From NCBI GenBank assembly GCA_028534125.1, contig CM052816.1:16494001-16558000 (forward strand): a DNA stretch of 64,000 bases. The letters run 5' to 3'. Under the pieces are notes generated by a model. It did no database searches. It was given only the letters and a program-made list of their open reading frames with translations, and was not told the DNA's origin. Each line of letters opens with the position of its first letter. Positions within the stretch are counted from its first letter, which is position 1. This DNA comes from Lama glama. Lineage: Eukaryota. The position numbers and the translations under genes were made by a program. This document shows, piece by piece, positions 36,380 to 49,062 of this stretch.

Positions 36380-38130
36380 GCACTCACCTCTCCACCAAAA
36401 CTGCTTTTACCAAGGTCCCTAATGACCTCCATGGTGCCAAATCCAGCCATCAGTTTCCATCCACAGTTGACTTCTACCACCAGCAGCATTTAATCACTCT
36501 CTCCCTTAAAAGAGCATCTTCACTGGACCTCCAGGGCACCAGGCTCTTCTGATTTTCCTCCAATCTCCTTGGTTACAACTTCTTAGGCTCTTTTGACGAT
36601 TTCTTCTAAATCCTCCCAACCTCTAAATATTAAAGCAGCAGTTCTCAAAATGGAGTCTGAGGACTCCTGAGACTTTTCCAGGGGGTAGTAAGATAAAAAC
36701 TATTTTCATAATAATACTAAAATACCATTTGCCTATTTCAGTCCCAATCTCTCATGGTGTACAATAGAGAGTTCCACAGGTGGATGTCTAATACCACATC
36801 AAACAGAATGCAGAAACAAAGATGAGCTACCTTGTATTAAGCCAGACATTAAAGAAATTTGCAAAAATACAAAACAATGACACTTCTCCCCCTCAATTTT
36901 CTTTTGTTTTAGAAAACAAGAGTGTAAAAGGATCTTGAGATCAAAAAGTTTAAGAACTGCTGTTACAGTGTCCCAGGACTCCATCCTTAGACCTCTTTTT
37001 CTTTCTTCCATCAGCCCATTGGTGATCTCATCCAGTCTTTTAGCTTTAAATGCTGACAACTCCAGGTTTGTATCTCAACCTGAAGCTTTCTCTCTGAATT
37101 CTAAACTCCCAGATCTGGCTCCCTACTTGATACCGCCACATGGATATCCAGCAGACATCTAGGCATCTCACACTTTAAATGTCTATTTGACCGAAACCAG
37201 TTTCCTGATACAGCTGTCCAAACTTGCCAATCTCATAGTTTTCTTCATTTCATGAATGGCAACTCCATTCTCTAGCTGTTTAGGCCAAAACTTTGGAGCC
37301 ATACTTGACCATTTTACTTTTCTTACACGTTTCTGATTCCTCAGCAAATCTTGTACCTCTGTCTTCTAAATATGTTCAGAATCCACCAACTTTTCACCAT
37401 CTCCACTGTTACCATCCTGATTCAAGCCATCATCATCACTTAGCTTGAATTTCACAGGAGCCTCCTAACTGGTCTCCCTACTTCTGCCCCTTGCCTCCCT
37501 CAGTTCAGTCTCAATTCAGCAGCTGGAGTGATCCTGTTAGAATATAAGTCCAAACATGTCACTCCTACTCTACCCAAAACCCTCCAGTGGCTCCTATCTC
37601 ACTCAGAGTAAAAGGCAAGGTCTTTATAAGGGCCTTCAGAGCTCACCTGCCCCCACACACTCCTCTGACACACTGGCCTCTTAACTATTCCTAGAACACA
37701 TCAGGCAGGCTCTTGCCTTAGGGCTTTCGCTTTCTGCCTGGAGTACACTCCTCCAAATAGCTGCCTGACTCACTCCCTCACCTCCCCCAGGTCTTTGCTC
37801 AGCTGTCACTTTCTTGGTGAGGCTTCCTCTTGGCCACCCTATCTAAAATTGCAATCCCTTCCCTCAACATCCCATCTTTCCTTTGTTGCTTTATTTTTCT
37901 CCCTAGAGTGTATCACCATCTGACATATCAAGTCATATAGTATACATTTATATATATTTTAAAATTATTTTCTCTTGTCTTCCTCCTACTAGAATTTAAG
38001 CCCCACAAGGGATAAAATTTTTGTTTGTTTTGTTCAGTGGTATGTCTCTGGTGTCTAGAATATTTCTAGAATAGGACCTGAAGGACACAGCAGGTCCCTC
38101 GATAAATGTGTTAAATGAATGAAAGAATGG
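36380..38130 (+). mobile_element. L2 LINE 3' region
   Basis: CAAGGTCCCTAATGACCTCCA, AGCCTCCTAACTGGTCTCCCT, CCCTCCAGTGGCTCC and the terminal GTTAAATGAATGAAAGAATG. Confidence 0.85.
36636..36962. mobile_element. hAT-Charlie MITE inserted in L2
   Basis: TIRs CAGCAGTTCTCAAA ... TTTAAGAACTGCTG (13/14 complementary). Confidence 0.8.
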
Positions 38131-39397
38131 ATACATGGAATCTATAGAAATGCACTGACAAGGTTGATGGGGAGGGAAGAAAAGAGTGATTCTAGACAAG
38201 TGGACAAGCAAGTTTGAAAGCCCGAAGTGCCACTCTAGGAAAAGAAATTCTGTGATTTAGGAGCTGTGAAGCAGGCAGAGGCCGGCCAGACAAGGTTTTA
38301 TAAGCCCTCAGACTTTATTGTGAGGGAATGGGGTACCACAAAGGATTTCAGACAAAGAGATAAGATGATCATATTTTGGGTTTTTTTTAATTCACTTTGA
38401 AAGAAAGCAAATTGTAAAGCAGTGCACATAAATTTTTAAAAATATATATATAAAGCTGTGCACATAATACCTCATTTATGTTTGAACAATGTATACATAT
38501 TCGTTTTAATGCTATTTTCTCATAGCAGCTGAGCCATTTAAAATGTATCATTTGTTCAAAACCCTCCAGTTCTTCCTATTTCACTCTAAATAAAATCTTC
38601 CTGATCTTGCACAGCCACCTCAGACCTGTCTTTGGCTTTTCCTCTCCATCTTTCCACTTCAGCCCACACTGGAGTCCTAGATGTTCCCATAACACAAGGA
38701 AGCACTTTCCTTCCTCAGGGCCTTGGCATTTCCAATTTCACCTGCTTGGAATGGTCTTCTCCCAGATAGCCCCTTAGCACACTTCATGGATTTCTTCATT
38801 CAGATCTCTGCTCAAATATCACCTTGTCCAAGAGGCTTTCCCTAATGACCCTTTCTAAAATAACACTAGCACCTCTGTCCCTTCCCTCCCATCTCCATCT
38901 TATTTCTTAACCCTACTGTACTTCTTAGCACTTGTCACCACCTAACACATTAGGTATTTCAACATCACCAGGTCAGAGAGGCCTTCCCTGACCACACCCC
39001 CCACACCCCAGTCACTCTCCACCACGTAACTGCATTTCTCTCCTTTAAAGCACTCATCCCTCTCTAGAATTGTCTTGTTTGTCTACCGGTTTATTTTCTG
39101 TCTCTTCTATTAGACTATAAGTTCCATGAGGACAGGAATATTATCTGACTTTTTCACTTCTTTACTCTAATAATTTAGCACAGTATGTGGAAGATAAAAT
39201 GAACTTTAAAAATATTTGGAGAAAGAATGAGTGGCCACAGATATAGGAGGAAAGACAGTGTCATCAAAGCCAAGGACTTGGTCGCTGATGTCAGTTGATG
39301 ACATTTGGGTTGAAACTTCAGGTTTCAACTTACTTCAGGTTGCTGAACATAGTATACATAATCATGAGGGTTAAGCTGCATCAGGAATGTTAAGGAA

Positions 39398-39455
39398 TGC
39401 TGTACACCAGAACTGACACAACATTGTAAACTGACTATACTTCAATTAAAAAAAA
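39398..39455 (+). mobile_element. Extremely 5'-truncated young L1 3' tip (~58 bp)
   Basis: TGCTGTACACCAGAACTGACACAACATTGTAAACTGACTATACTTCAATTAAAA matches the end of the L1 at ~29729-29787. Flanked by AATGTTAAGGAA. Confidence 0.9.
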
Positions 39456-39467
39456 AATGTTAAGGAA

Positions 39468-39567
39468 GTGGGGAGGCTATAGCTCAGTGGTAGAGTGCAT
39501 GCTTAGCGTGCATGAGGTCCTGGGTTCAATCCCCAGTACCTCCATTAAAAGGAAAAAAAAAAGAGAG
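39468..39567 (+). mobile_element. tRNA-derived SINE (Vic-1-like), young
   Basis: A box TAGCTCAGTGG, B box GGTTCAATCCC, A tail. Flanked by AATGTTAAGGAA. Confidence 0.93.
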
Positions 39568-40180
39568 AATGTTAAGGAAAAAACAGTCCAAAAAGTCAGC
39601 AAGACTTTATGGAGTGTTCTGGAAAGTAACACAAAATAATGTCAAAATGTCAATAAAGATGAATCATCACAGATCATTTTAGAGGTTCTCTACATTATGA
39701 GCACTTTATTATTTATCTTCATGTGCTGGTAAATAGCTTTACAGTTTACAAAGCACTTTCTTGAATATTATCTCATTTGAGGACGGTAGAACCAAAATGA
39801 GTAAAGATACAAGAATGATGAAGAACTGACTTGGCAGCTTTGAAATAAAACTCTGGAAAACTTTTACCTCTTGTTGTTGCCATGAAATGATGAGCACCCC
39901 CTCCTGCATTAAGTCTCACAGAAGAGACCAAAGGGACTCTTGGATTAGCCTGGGGAAAGCTAACAAAAGGGGCAGATTTGGACAGAAGTCAGTAAAAACC
40001 AAAGGTAAAACCAAAGTGTGGGAGCACATCAGGGTCAAAGGCAATTGATCCCTGCTGGCCCTGGTGGTCTTTCCATTCCTTTTCAGATGGCTAGGGGAGA
40101 GCAGTAAAGCCCTACCACCCTGGCAGTTTTGTCTATTAGCTTAGCTAATGCTAGGGTATTTTCCTCATTTCTGAGTAGCT

Positions 40181-40352
40181 CAGTAATTCACAACTCTGGC
40201 TACACCTTAGAATCACCTGGAGAGCTTTTTGAAAATATGATACCCAAGCACCACCCCAGAGACTCAGATTCATCTATTCTTTGGGAGGAACTAAACACTT
40301 TAAATATCTACCCTGGTGATTCTACTGTGCAGCTGGAGTTGAGAATCACTGA
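40181..40352. mobile_element. MER5-type hAT MITE
   Basis: TTAGAATCACCTGGAGAGCTTT...CACCCCAGAGACTCAGATT...GTTGAGAATCACTG. Confidence 0.75.
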
Positions 40353-41924
40353 TAACCATTCTAAGACTGGACAGAAAATTAAGTCAAGTATACTGAAAAC
40401 TCATTCATTAATTCATTTACTCATACAATAATAATTATTTTAATGCTCAATGACTAAAAATAATAATAGCTTATACTTACTAAATCTCCGGTAAATGCTA
40501 AGACCTTGACATGTCATCCAAGCCTGACAACAACAATAAGGTAGTTACTATTGTATTCCTCATTCTACGAATGAGAAAACAGAGGCTTGGGTCACACTGA
40601 AAGTATGTGGTAATGCTGGGACCCATATCTGCCAAAATCCAGAACCAGGCTCTCAACCTCACCCCACTTAGCCTCTAAAATGTCAATGGCTTTTAAAAAC
40701 TCTTTGTTGAAAAGCAACATTCAAATAGTTTTCACTTCAGACTATATTGTGATGGAGGTAATTTAAGTCCCAGTTATTATGCTCTATACATTATGTCTTT
40801 TTGCACAGCTTCAAGCAGTGTGACAAGCAGTGCTGGCTGGGGGGCTTTGGGGGTGTGTGGTGGGGGTGAGGGTGCCAGGACAGGGGCTTACTTATATCCT
40901 TTCTAGGCTTCTTATAATAGAGGATGTTGGTTTTAACCAGTGAGTTAAGTTTTAAATAAAAGAACCAGACTTTGGCCCTTGACACTTATGAAACATGTGT
41001 AAGGTTCTCTAGATTCATGCTATTCATCTTCCCTGCAGAAACTAAAATCAAGATTTAGTTTTTAAAATCAGTCAGCAGTGGGTGTTCATGATTCTTTCCT
41101 CTGTGATATGATCAAAGATGTGTACACAAAAACAAACACCCCCCTCTTCATGCTCATATTTTTGTTGATAACAATGGAGAAGAAAACCCGAAAAGAAAAA
41201 AGTTAAAGACTGTGACAACCAAGCACAATCATATCTAAAAAGAACTCGTTTAAAAAGGGAAGGAGATGGGAGAGGGGTGTTGTGCTTTATTCTTCTTTTT
41301 AAAATATCAGTGGGCTTTATTATGGAAACCTGGTCCTTTGTATTCACCATTCTAAAAATTCTTTTTTTGTCTGGCACTTTTAGATTTTTATAGGAGTATG
41401 AAAAGTGCTATCAAAATAAGAATTGTCACATTGTAATATAAACTGAATTAAATTAATATACTTTAAATTTCATATGTATTGGTGAATGAGTCATTTGTCT
41501 CCATTCATTGCTTCTGTTGCTTAACAACAATTTTTCTCAATTCCAAGAAACTTTGAGAAAAAGAAAACCTGTTAAAACAGAGCAGATAGATACTTCTGCC
41601 AAGAATCTTTACATGCTCACATATGTCCCCATATGGGCATTCTGAATATAGGAGAACATGAAGTGAAAGCCAGGACAGCCTTTGTCTTTGGTTTACCTAG
41701 AGTGAAACTGATTCTGGGCTGACTAGAGGCAGGTGGTCTGTATAGGCCTGAGATTCTCAGACTCCAGAGCCACAGAGGAGTCTGGCAAGCCTACATTGCA
41801 TCCTGTCTCCTTCCATCCATTCGAACTAGTCCAGCTTCTTTATTTCTTTAATTACAGTAACTCACTCTTCTGTCTGCGTATGAGTTTGGCAGGACCTGCC
41901 CCTCCATTACAGAAGGCTATTACC

Positions 41925-43820
41925 ATATTCATTCATTTATTTGCTCAGTCAACAAATACTTTGGAGCACCTACTCTGTGGCATGCATTGTACTAGACCCT
42001 GGAGATACAGTAGTGGAAATTTACCTTCTAGAGAGGGAGAAAGACAATAAGTAGGTAACAATAAAATGAACAATATGATTCCAGATACAGTAAGTGCTAA
42101 GAGTGATCAGGAGGAGGTGTGCCCATTTAGACAGAAAGGTCAGGAAAGGCCTCCCTGAAAAGGTGATCTGAGCTGTGAGACCTGATGACCAGAATGAGCT
42201 CTGTGATGGGGCAGAATGTCCCAGAGGAGGAGATAGCAAGTATAAAGGCCCTAGAGTGGGACTAAGCCTGGCATATTCAAGAAATCCAAGGGAGGCAAGT
42301 GTGCTAAGGGGGTATTAAATGAGGAAAAGATAGTACTACATACGGTCGAAGGAGTATGTAGAGCCCAAATCATGTAGGACCTTGTAGGTGATGGTAAGGA
42401 GTCTGCGTTGTCCTCTAAGACTAATGGCAAACCCCTGGGGGATTAAGAAATGGCGTAACCGTGATCTGATTTGCATTTAAAAGGTCACTTGACTGCTGTA
42501 TTAAGAATAAAGTGTAAGAGAACATGAGTGAATGCCTGTCATCATTCATTTATTAATCTATTCAAAAATATTTTTGATACTCAGCCATAAAAAATAATAA
42601 AATAATGCCAATTGCAGCAACATGGATGAACATGGAGAATGTCATTCCAAGTGAATAAGCCAGAAAGAGAAAGACAAATACCACATGATATCACTTATAT
42701 ATGGAATCTATATAAATAAATACATACATACATACATACATACATAAATAACAAATGAACTTATTTACAAAACAGAAACAGACTCACAGACATAGAAAAC
42801 AAACTTATGGTTACCAGGAGGGGAAGGGGTTGAGAAGGGATAAATTGGGAGTTTGAGATTTGCAGATACTAACTAATATATTATAAAATAGATAAACAAG
42901 TTTATCCCTATAGCACAGGGAACCATTTTCAATATCTTGTAGTAACCTATGGTGAAGAACGATATGAGAACACATGTTATGTATGTTCCTATGTGACTGA
43001 AGTATTGTGCCGTATACCAGAAATTGACACATTGTAAACTGATTATACTTCAATAAAAATATATTTTAAAAAATTTTTGAGTGCCTAATTGCCAGACAGT
43101 GTGCCAAGCATGGGGATATCACGGTGAGCAAGACATCATTCCTCCCTTCAAGGAGCTTACAAAACAGCTGGAGAGACAGAGAGGTACATAGGCTCTTATA
43201 ATATAATGAGCTAAGTGCTTAACTGGGAATAATCTCCATTTGTTAAGGGAACCCAGAGGAATTCATTCACTCATTCATTTAGTGAATATTTATGTGCCAA
43301 GCTCTTGGGATACAATGGTGAACTAAACAGACAAGGTACATACCCCCATGTGTTTTACAGATTAGTAGAGGAGACAGCCATCAATTAGACACTCTCATAG
43401 ACATATCATTACCCATTGTGATATGAGCTATGAAAGAAAAACAATATGAGAATGTATAGAGAGGAGCTTGGATTAGTCTAGAAAGACTCAGGAGGCCAGA
43501 ACGATGAACTGCAGATAAATAGTTAAGTAGGTAAAAAAAGAGATGATTGTCAATCATGCATCAATAAAACTGGAAAAAAAAAGAGGGGAAGAGTGCTGCG
43601 GGCCCACTGAGCCCTAACTCAAGCTCAGTGGGTCAGGAAAGACTTTCTGACATCTAAGCTGAGTCCTGAAAGATGAGTAGGAGTTAGCCAGGTGAAGGAT
43701 TGTTGGAGGTGAAGGGAAGCCATTCCAGAGCAAGGGAAGAGCCTGTGCAAAAGCATGGAGGCAATAAAACAGAGTAAATTCTGGGGGAAAGCAAGATGTT
43801 CAATATGGCTAGGCTGTAGA
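41925..43820 (-). mobile_element. Cluster of L2 fragments, interrupted by a young L1
   Basis: Repeated ATTCATTCATT starts, GGTCAGGAAAGGCCTCCCTGA, GCAAGTATAAAGGCCCTAGAG. Confidence 0.7.
42578..43067 (+). mobile_element. Young lineage-specific L1 3' end
   Basis: TACTCAGCCATAAAAA...CATTGTAAACTGATTATACTTCAATAAAAA. Near-TSD AAAAATATTTTTGA / AAAAAATTTTTGA. Confidence 0.9.
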
Positions 43821-46409
43821 TTAGAAAGACACAGCAGGGTCAAAGAGAATGGAAAAGCAAGCACGTTAGAATCATGACATACTAATAAATTGTTTTGACT
43901 GTTAAAGGATTTTACGCAAGAGAGTGACCAGGCCAAATTGAGTATTAGAAATTTCTCTGGACACTAAGAGGAGACTGAGCTGAGCCCCTACAACATGCCA
44001 CCCTTCAGCACAGCAGATCCTACTAAAAGTAGGCATCACACCATCAGTGAAATCCCTCTTGGGGCTTTCTGAGTTGAGTGAAGTCCAGTTTAGCAAATGA
44101 CATTGGACCCTATTACTCTTTCTCCCCAGTGCCCACAGCCCAGCCCAGGACCAGCAGGAGTAATGAATTCAGAAGACATCTGCCTGTTGTGCTGAGCAAA
44201 AACCTATCAGTACCTCCAAGACTGGGCACAGCAGTTTCCTCTGCCTCGTGGACCATAATGCAGAGCAAGATCCCTTAGATCTCAATGGCTTATTCCTTTC
44301 ATTAATTTGCTTAAGGTGAGTCTATGACCTCGTGACTGCTATCATTTGTCCTCAGCATTTTGCTCTCACCTTGAGCTTTTAGCCAAACATCTGGCTCTCT
44401 AGACCAAAGCCCTTTTTACCTGGTGGTTAGCAATGTCTTCTGACTGCCCTGCCCACCAAGCGGTCTTTAGGTTTAGAGGGTGGGGAGAAGTTGTCCTGTG
44501 TCTTCACTGAGGCTGAAGCCCAGGAGACTAGGGTGAGATTTCCAAAATGTGGCCAAGGCAGGTGCTCCCTGCCTAAAATGGCTTATCATTGTTACAGGAC
44601 AAAACCTAAATAGTTTAGCCTGGCTGATAGGGCCCTTTGGGATCTGCTACTTTCTACTAACTGTTCCCCTGCCTGGTGGACTCTCCCCTCGATCTCCCTA
44701 TGGCAGCACCTTCTTATCATTCAGGTCTCAACTCAAATGCCACCTCCTCAATTTGGCCTCTCTGATCACCTACTCAAAGGTAGCTGGATAGTCACTCTCT
44801 ATCCCATTACTCCATTGTATTTTCTTCATAGCACATGTCCCCAACCAAAATTACTCACTTGTTTGTCTCCTTACTTATTATTCATCTTTTCCCTCTATGA
44901 TGTGATCTGACATCTTGGACTTTGTCTGTCTAGCTTGCTGTTTTATCCCCCTTACCTAGAATAATGTTCTGGCACATAGTAGGTGCTGAATGAATAAATG
45001 GTGCTGGCTTCTCTTTCCAACCTCATCCCATTCTATTCCTGCATTCATTCCCTGAGCTTTGGAAGGACAGAGGTTTATGGACGTCTTCAGACTGCCTCGC
45101 TAGTCAAAGCCTCTAATTCCCTCAGCCTGGAACAACTTTCCTCCTCTCCTCACCACCCACCTTCTCACCCCAACATTTAATCTCTCTTTTCTTCCAGATT
45201 CTAAAATCCTCCAGATATTCATGCCTGGTACACACCTCTGTCAAGGCTTATCTCACAGTATTGCAATGGCATATGTTTACCTGTCATCTACCCCATCTTC
45301 CCATATCTGTGAACTCCTAAAGGAAGGCATCCATTCACCTCCTTATCCCTAGCACACAACACAATAACCAACACACAGTAAGGCACTTCATTAATGTTTG
45401 CTGACTGACTAGATGGAGAAATGCAGTTCAGAGAAACATGGATTAGGAAATCATGGTCATTTTTATGGCAGTGGTAGGAGAGGTTGTCACACATTAAGAC
45501 CTACAGCAGAGAGGCAGCCCCTTCCTATGGGCCAAACCAGGAAAATAACACCATATTAAATTCTGATAACTAAGAGAAAAAGGCAATGGGTGTGGCCAAA
45601 AAGATCTGACTTCTCATCATCCATGTACTCCCAAGTGGACAAAAGCAATAAATTCATAGGTGAGAAGTACAGGAGCATTCTCACCATCAACTCTGGCGGG
45701 ATCAATCAAAGAGGCCTGGGAGAAGTGCCAGCTAAAGTCTGCACAGTGCTTCCCACTCCTCCAAGTATGTCCTCAAACCTTGTCTCACTAAGGTCTAGGG
45801 GGAAGGAAAGTAGGTTTCATACTACCAAAGACACTCTGAGAGGTTCAGCAGTTTGTCCAAGGAGACATCCCCAGGAGTGAGCTGCTCTATAGCTGTGCCT
45901 TTATTGTGCTATTTGGGAGCCCTTAACATGCTCATCCAAGCTTTAGTTGCTAAGCTCCTAGAAGTCTGTATAATTATTGTCTAAAATACAGAACAGCACA
46001 ATGTGTAATTAGGCACTTTTAATAAAGTCCTTTTGGATGATGCTGACGCTGATGCTGATGATGCCAAAGATGAGGGCAATTTTGATAATGATGATGAAGA
46101 AGATGCCATCCTTGAGGACAAGGGCCAAAAGGGAACTCTTATTTTAGAACAGACAAGAGACAGTGCCACAGGCAAGGGCTGATCAGGATACAGCACTGTC
46201 TAGTAGTTGATCTGGACTCTCGAGTTGGACCACCGGTGGCCCCCTCAGGGTTTTACTTCTAATTAGCTGTGTGACCTTACCAAGCCTCAGTTTCCCCATC
46301 TCTAAACGTAGAGATTATTAGCTGACTCAGGTTGTTGGGAGGCTCTTCTGAAGTAATCAAATAAGCTCATTATCACAGAGCCTGTATTCACAGTAAATGC
46401 TTCATGATG

Positions 46410-46640
46410 ATACTAGCAAATCTTACAAACAGCATTCTTTATGACTGGCAATGTTCTTAGCACTTTACATATATTATGTGATGTCATTATGTGATATCCT
46501 GTAAGGTAGAAACTATCATCACCCCTGTTTTATAGATAAAGAAACTAAGGCACAAACAGGGAGCTTGAATAATTTTCCCATAGTCACAGAGCCAAAAAAT
46601 GCCAGAGCTGGGTGTTAAACTCAGGCAGTCTGATTCCAGA
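46410..46640 (-). mobile_element. MIR SINE
   Basis: CCCTGTTTTATAGATAAAGAAACTAAGGCACA...GTCACAGAGC...AAACTCAGGCAGTCTGATTCCAGA. A second, oppositely oriented MIR piece lies at ~46255-46400. Confidence 0.75.
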
Positions 46641-46756
46641 GGCATTACACAGCTGTGGTGGCTATGGTGATGTGCTGCTCAGATTTCCTTGAGAGAACTG
46701 CTGTAGTGAGCAGAGTTGGGCCATTTCTGCCCAACATGGGACTCCTCTGATAAGTG

Positions 46757-47320
46757 ACTTTTTTGCATGTGTGGTAAAATATACATAGCACAAAGTTTAC
46801 CATTTTGACCATTTTCGTTTGGTTGGCTTTTTTGAGGGAGGGAGGCAATTAGGTTTATTTCTTTATTTTTAGAGGCGGTACTGGGGATTGAACCCAGGAC
46901 CTCATGCATGTTAAGCATGCTCTCTACCACTTGAGCTACACCCACCCGCATTTTAACGATTTTTAAGTGTACAGTTTAGTTGCACTAAGTGCATTTTTAT
47001 TGTTGTGCAACCATTACCACCATTCATCTTCAGAACGTTTTCATCTTCCCAAAATGAAACTCCATACTCATTTAACATTAATCCCCATTCCCTACTCCCT
47101 CCCACCAAAGCTTCTGGCAACCACCTTCCTACTTTCTATCTGTATGAATGTGACTATTCCAGGTGCCTCATATAAGTAGAATCCTACAGTGTTTGTCCTT
47201 TTGTGACTGGCGTATTTTGCTTAGCATAATGCCTTCGAGGCTCACCTATGTTGTTTTGTGCCAGAATTCCCTTCCTTTTAAGATTGAGTAAAAGTCTGTG
47301 TTTTGTATATATGATATTTT
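46757..47320 (-). mobile_element. L1MB-type 3' end interrupted by a SINE
   Basis: TTTTAAGTGTACAGTTTAGT...TTGTGCAACCATTACCACC...TTTGTCCTTTTGTGACTGGC. Confidence 0.85.
46816..46948 (-). mobile_element. tRNA-derived SINE (Vic-1-like)
   Basis: GGTACTGGGGATTGAACCCAGGACCTCATGCATGTTAAGCATGCTCTCTACCACTTGAGCTAC. Degenerate TSD CATTTTGACCATTTT / CATTTTAACGATTTT. Confidence 0.92.
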
Positions 47321-48376
47321 GTTTATTCTTTGATCTGATGGCCAGTCTTTGCTCAGGACTCTCAGTCAGCCTGGCTGAGACTTTTTCAGAATGGCACTTC
47401 AGTGTGGAGCTCTTCCTACCCATTCCTCCCTTACTGCCTACCTCCTTTTCCAGATTGTCAAATCTCACTGTAGTCAGAAGATTCTCACTATCTTTCCCAG
47501 CTCCCTCTCCCTTTATTCCTCACAGATGCTCCCCTGTTAATCTCTCGCATGGCTAATCTCATGTTGGTGCCTATGTCTCAGAGGACCATACTGACACAAT
47601 AGCTTCTTAATAAACATTATTTATCATTATCATTATTTATTGGGAAGGGGAAGAGCCATTTAAAGCAAATTTATAAAAAAGAATTTAGGACAATTAGACA
47701 GCATAATTGTGCATGGTATAGTCTTTTTTTAACCTTCTTTTGGTATATATATCTCATTGTAGAAAAGTTAGAAAACACACACATGTAAAAAGAAGAAAAT
47801 TAAATTCACCTGTTATTGTACTATCCCAGACTGTTTTCAAGTATTACTGTCGTTACTTTCATTTTGGGGTAGATCTCTCTAGATGTTTATATCTACATAT
47901 GCAGTATCCATTTCTTTTTTAAGAAAACTGGTTTCTTCCACAGGATGAAATGGGTGGAAATGACTATGGAGCTTGGATTGTATAAACCGACTTAACTTAG
48001 GAATGCATTCAGTCATTCATTCATTTAATACATATTTATTGAACAGCAACTAAATATCAGGCTCTGTTCTAGGCACAAGGGATGCAAGACAGACACAGCT
48101 TTCATCTGCAGAAAGCATACAATCTAGTAAAACCAAAGACACATCACTAGGCAATTACAATATAATTCTGTATAGACTCTGAGCAAGGCCACCCCGCCCA
48201 ACCTAGTTTCTTAGAGAAGGTGGTGTCTAAGTCAAGAATGGAAGGAGTTAACCAGGCAAAAGAGGAACTTGAAGAGGCACTGTAGGGCTAGAACTAGGCA
48301 AAGGATGTCATGCCCAGTAGGTTTGGCTGCTTAAGGAGCAGCTAACTTTGCCCACAACTGCCAAAAAGGATTAATG

Positions 48377-48380
<4 letters not shown>

Positions 48381-48415
<35 letters not shown>
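48381..48415. repeat. (TG)n microsatellite
   Basis: Direct reading. Confidence 0.95.
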
Positions 48416-48417
<2 letters not shown>

Positions 48418-48966
48418 CAGCCACTCAGACTGAGCAATGGATGTAAGACCTTAACTAGTCAAAGAATCTTGGGCAGAGGTTCTCAGTGGAGAACGCAGAG
48501 ACCCAGGAACCCATCAGAAGAGAGCAGCTAACTGATCCCCAAACTTAGACTGGAAATACTGGCCAAGCATTAAGCTCTCTAAGGGCAGGGATGGCAGCTT
48601 CTTCATCTCTGTGGGATCTTTAGGCCCAAGAAAAATCCAAGTATAAGGAGGACCCTTGGTTGTAACTGGTGCCCATGGATCATTGTTTCTCAACCTAAAA
48701 ACGCCTCAGACCCTGGATGATTCTGGCATCAACATGAGGTATGGAGTCCAGAGCCTTGGAAGCAATGCAGAAAAATACGAAAGCCTAGCCTTTCCTTGAG
48801 AAGATCTGAATTATTTATCAACAGTAGTTGCAACACTGCCCATCACAGAAATTCCAAGAGAGGCTATAGATCAGCAGAAAGTGAGTATTCTTTCAAATAC
48901 TGTTTTGATGTTAATTTTTTTGATTAGTAGCGATCTACATATTATTTTCTGCATCCCATAATTCTT

Positions 48967-49062
48967 ATTTATTTATTTTTTTAGAGGAGATACTGGGGAT
49001 TGAATCCAGAACCTCATGCATGCTAAGCACACACTCTACCATTTGAGCTATACCCTTCTCCC
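48967..49062 (-). mobile_element. tRNA-derived SINE (Vic-1-like)
   Basis: TACTGGGGATTGAATCCAGAACCTCATGCATGCTAAGC...TGAGCTATACCC. Degenerate TSD TCCCATAATTCTT / TCCCATAAATCTT. Confidence 0.9.

Noticed and set aside
39468..39545. tRNA-like sequence with A and B boxes (also at 31892, 35014, 46816, 48967, 59905)
   Set aside because: Dispersed diverged copies with A tails and TSDs are SINEs, not tRNA genes.
39385..39579. Repeat-spacer-repeat pattern reminiscent of CRISPR
   Set aside because: Mammalian DNA; the repeats are 12-bp TSDs and the spacers are an L1 tip and a SINE.
46035..46100. GAT/GCT-rich stretch that looks like acidic coding sequence
   Set aside because: Degenerate trinucleotide repeat with no splice or ORF support.
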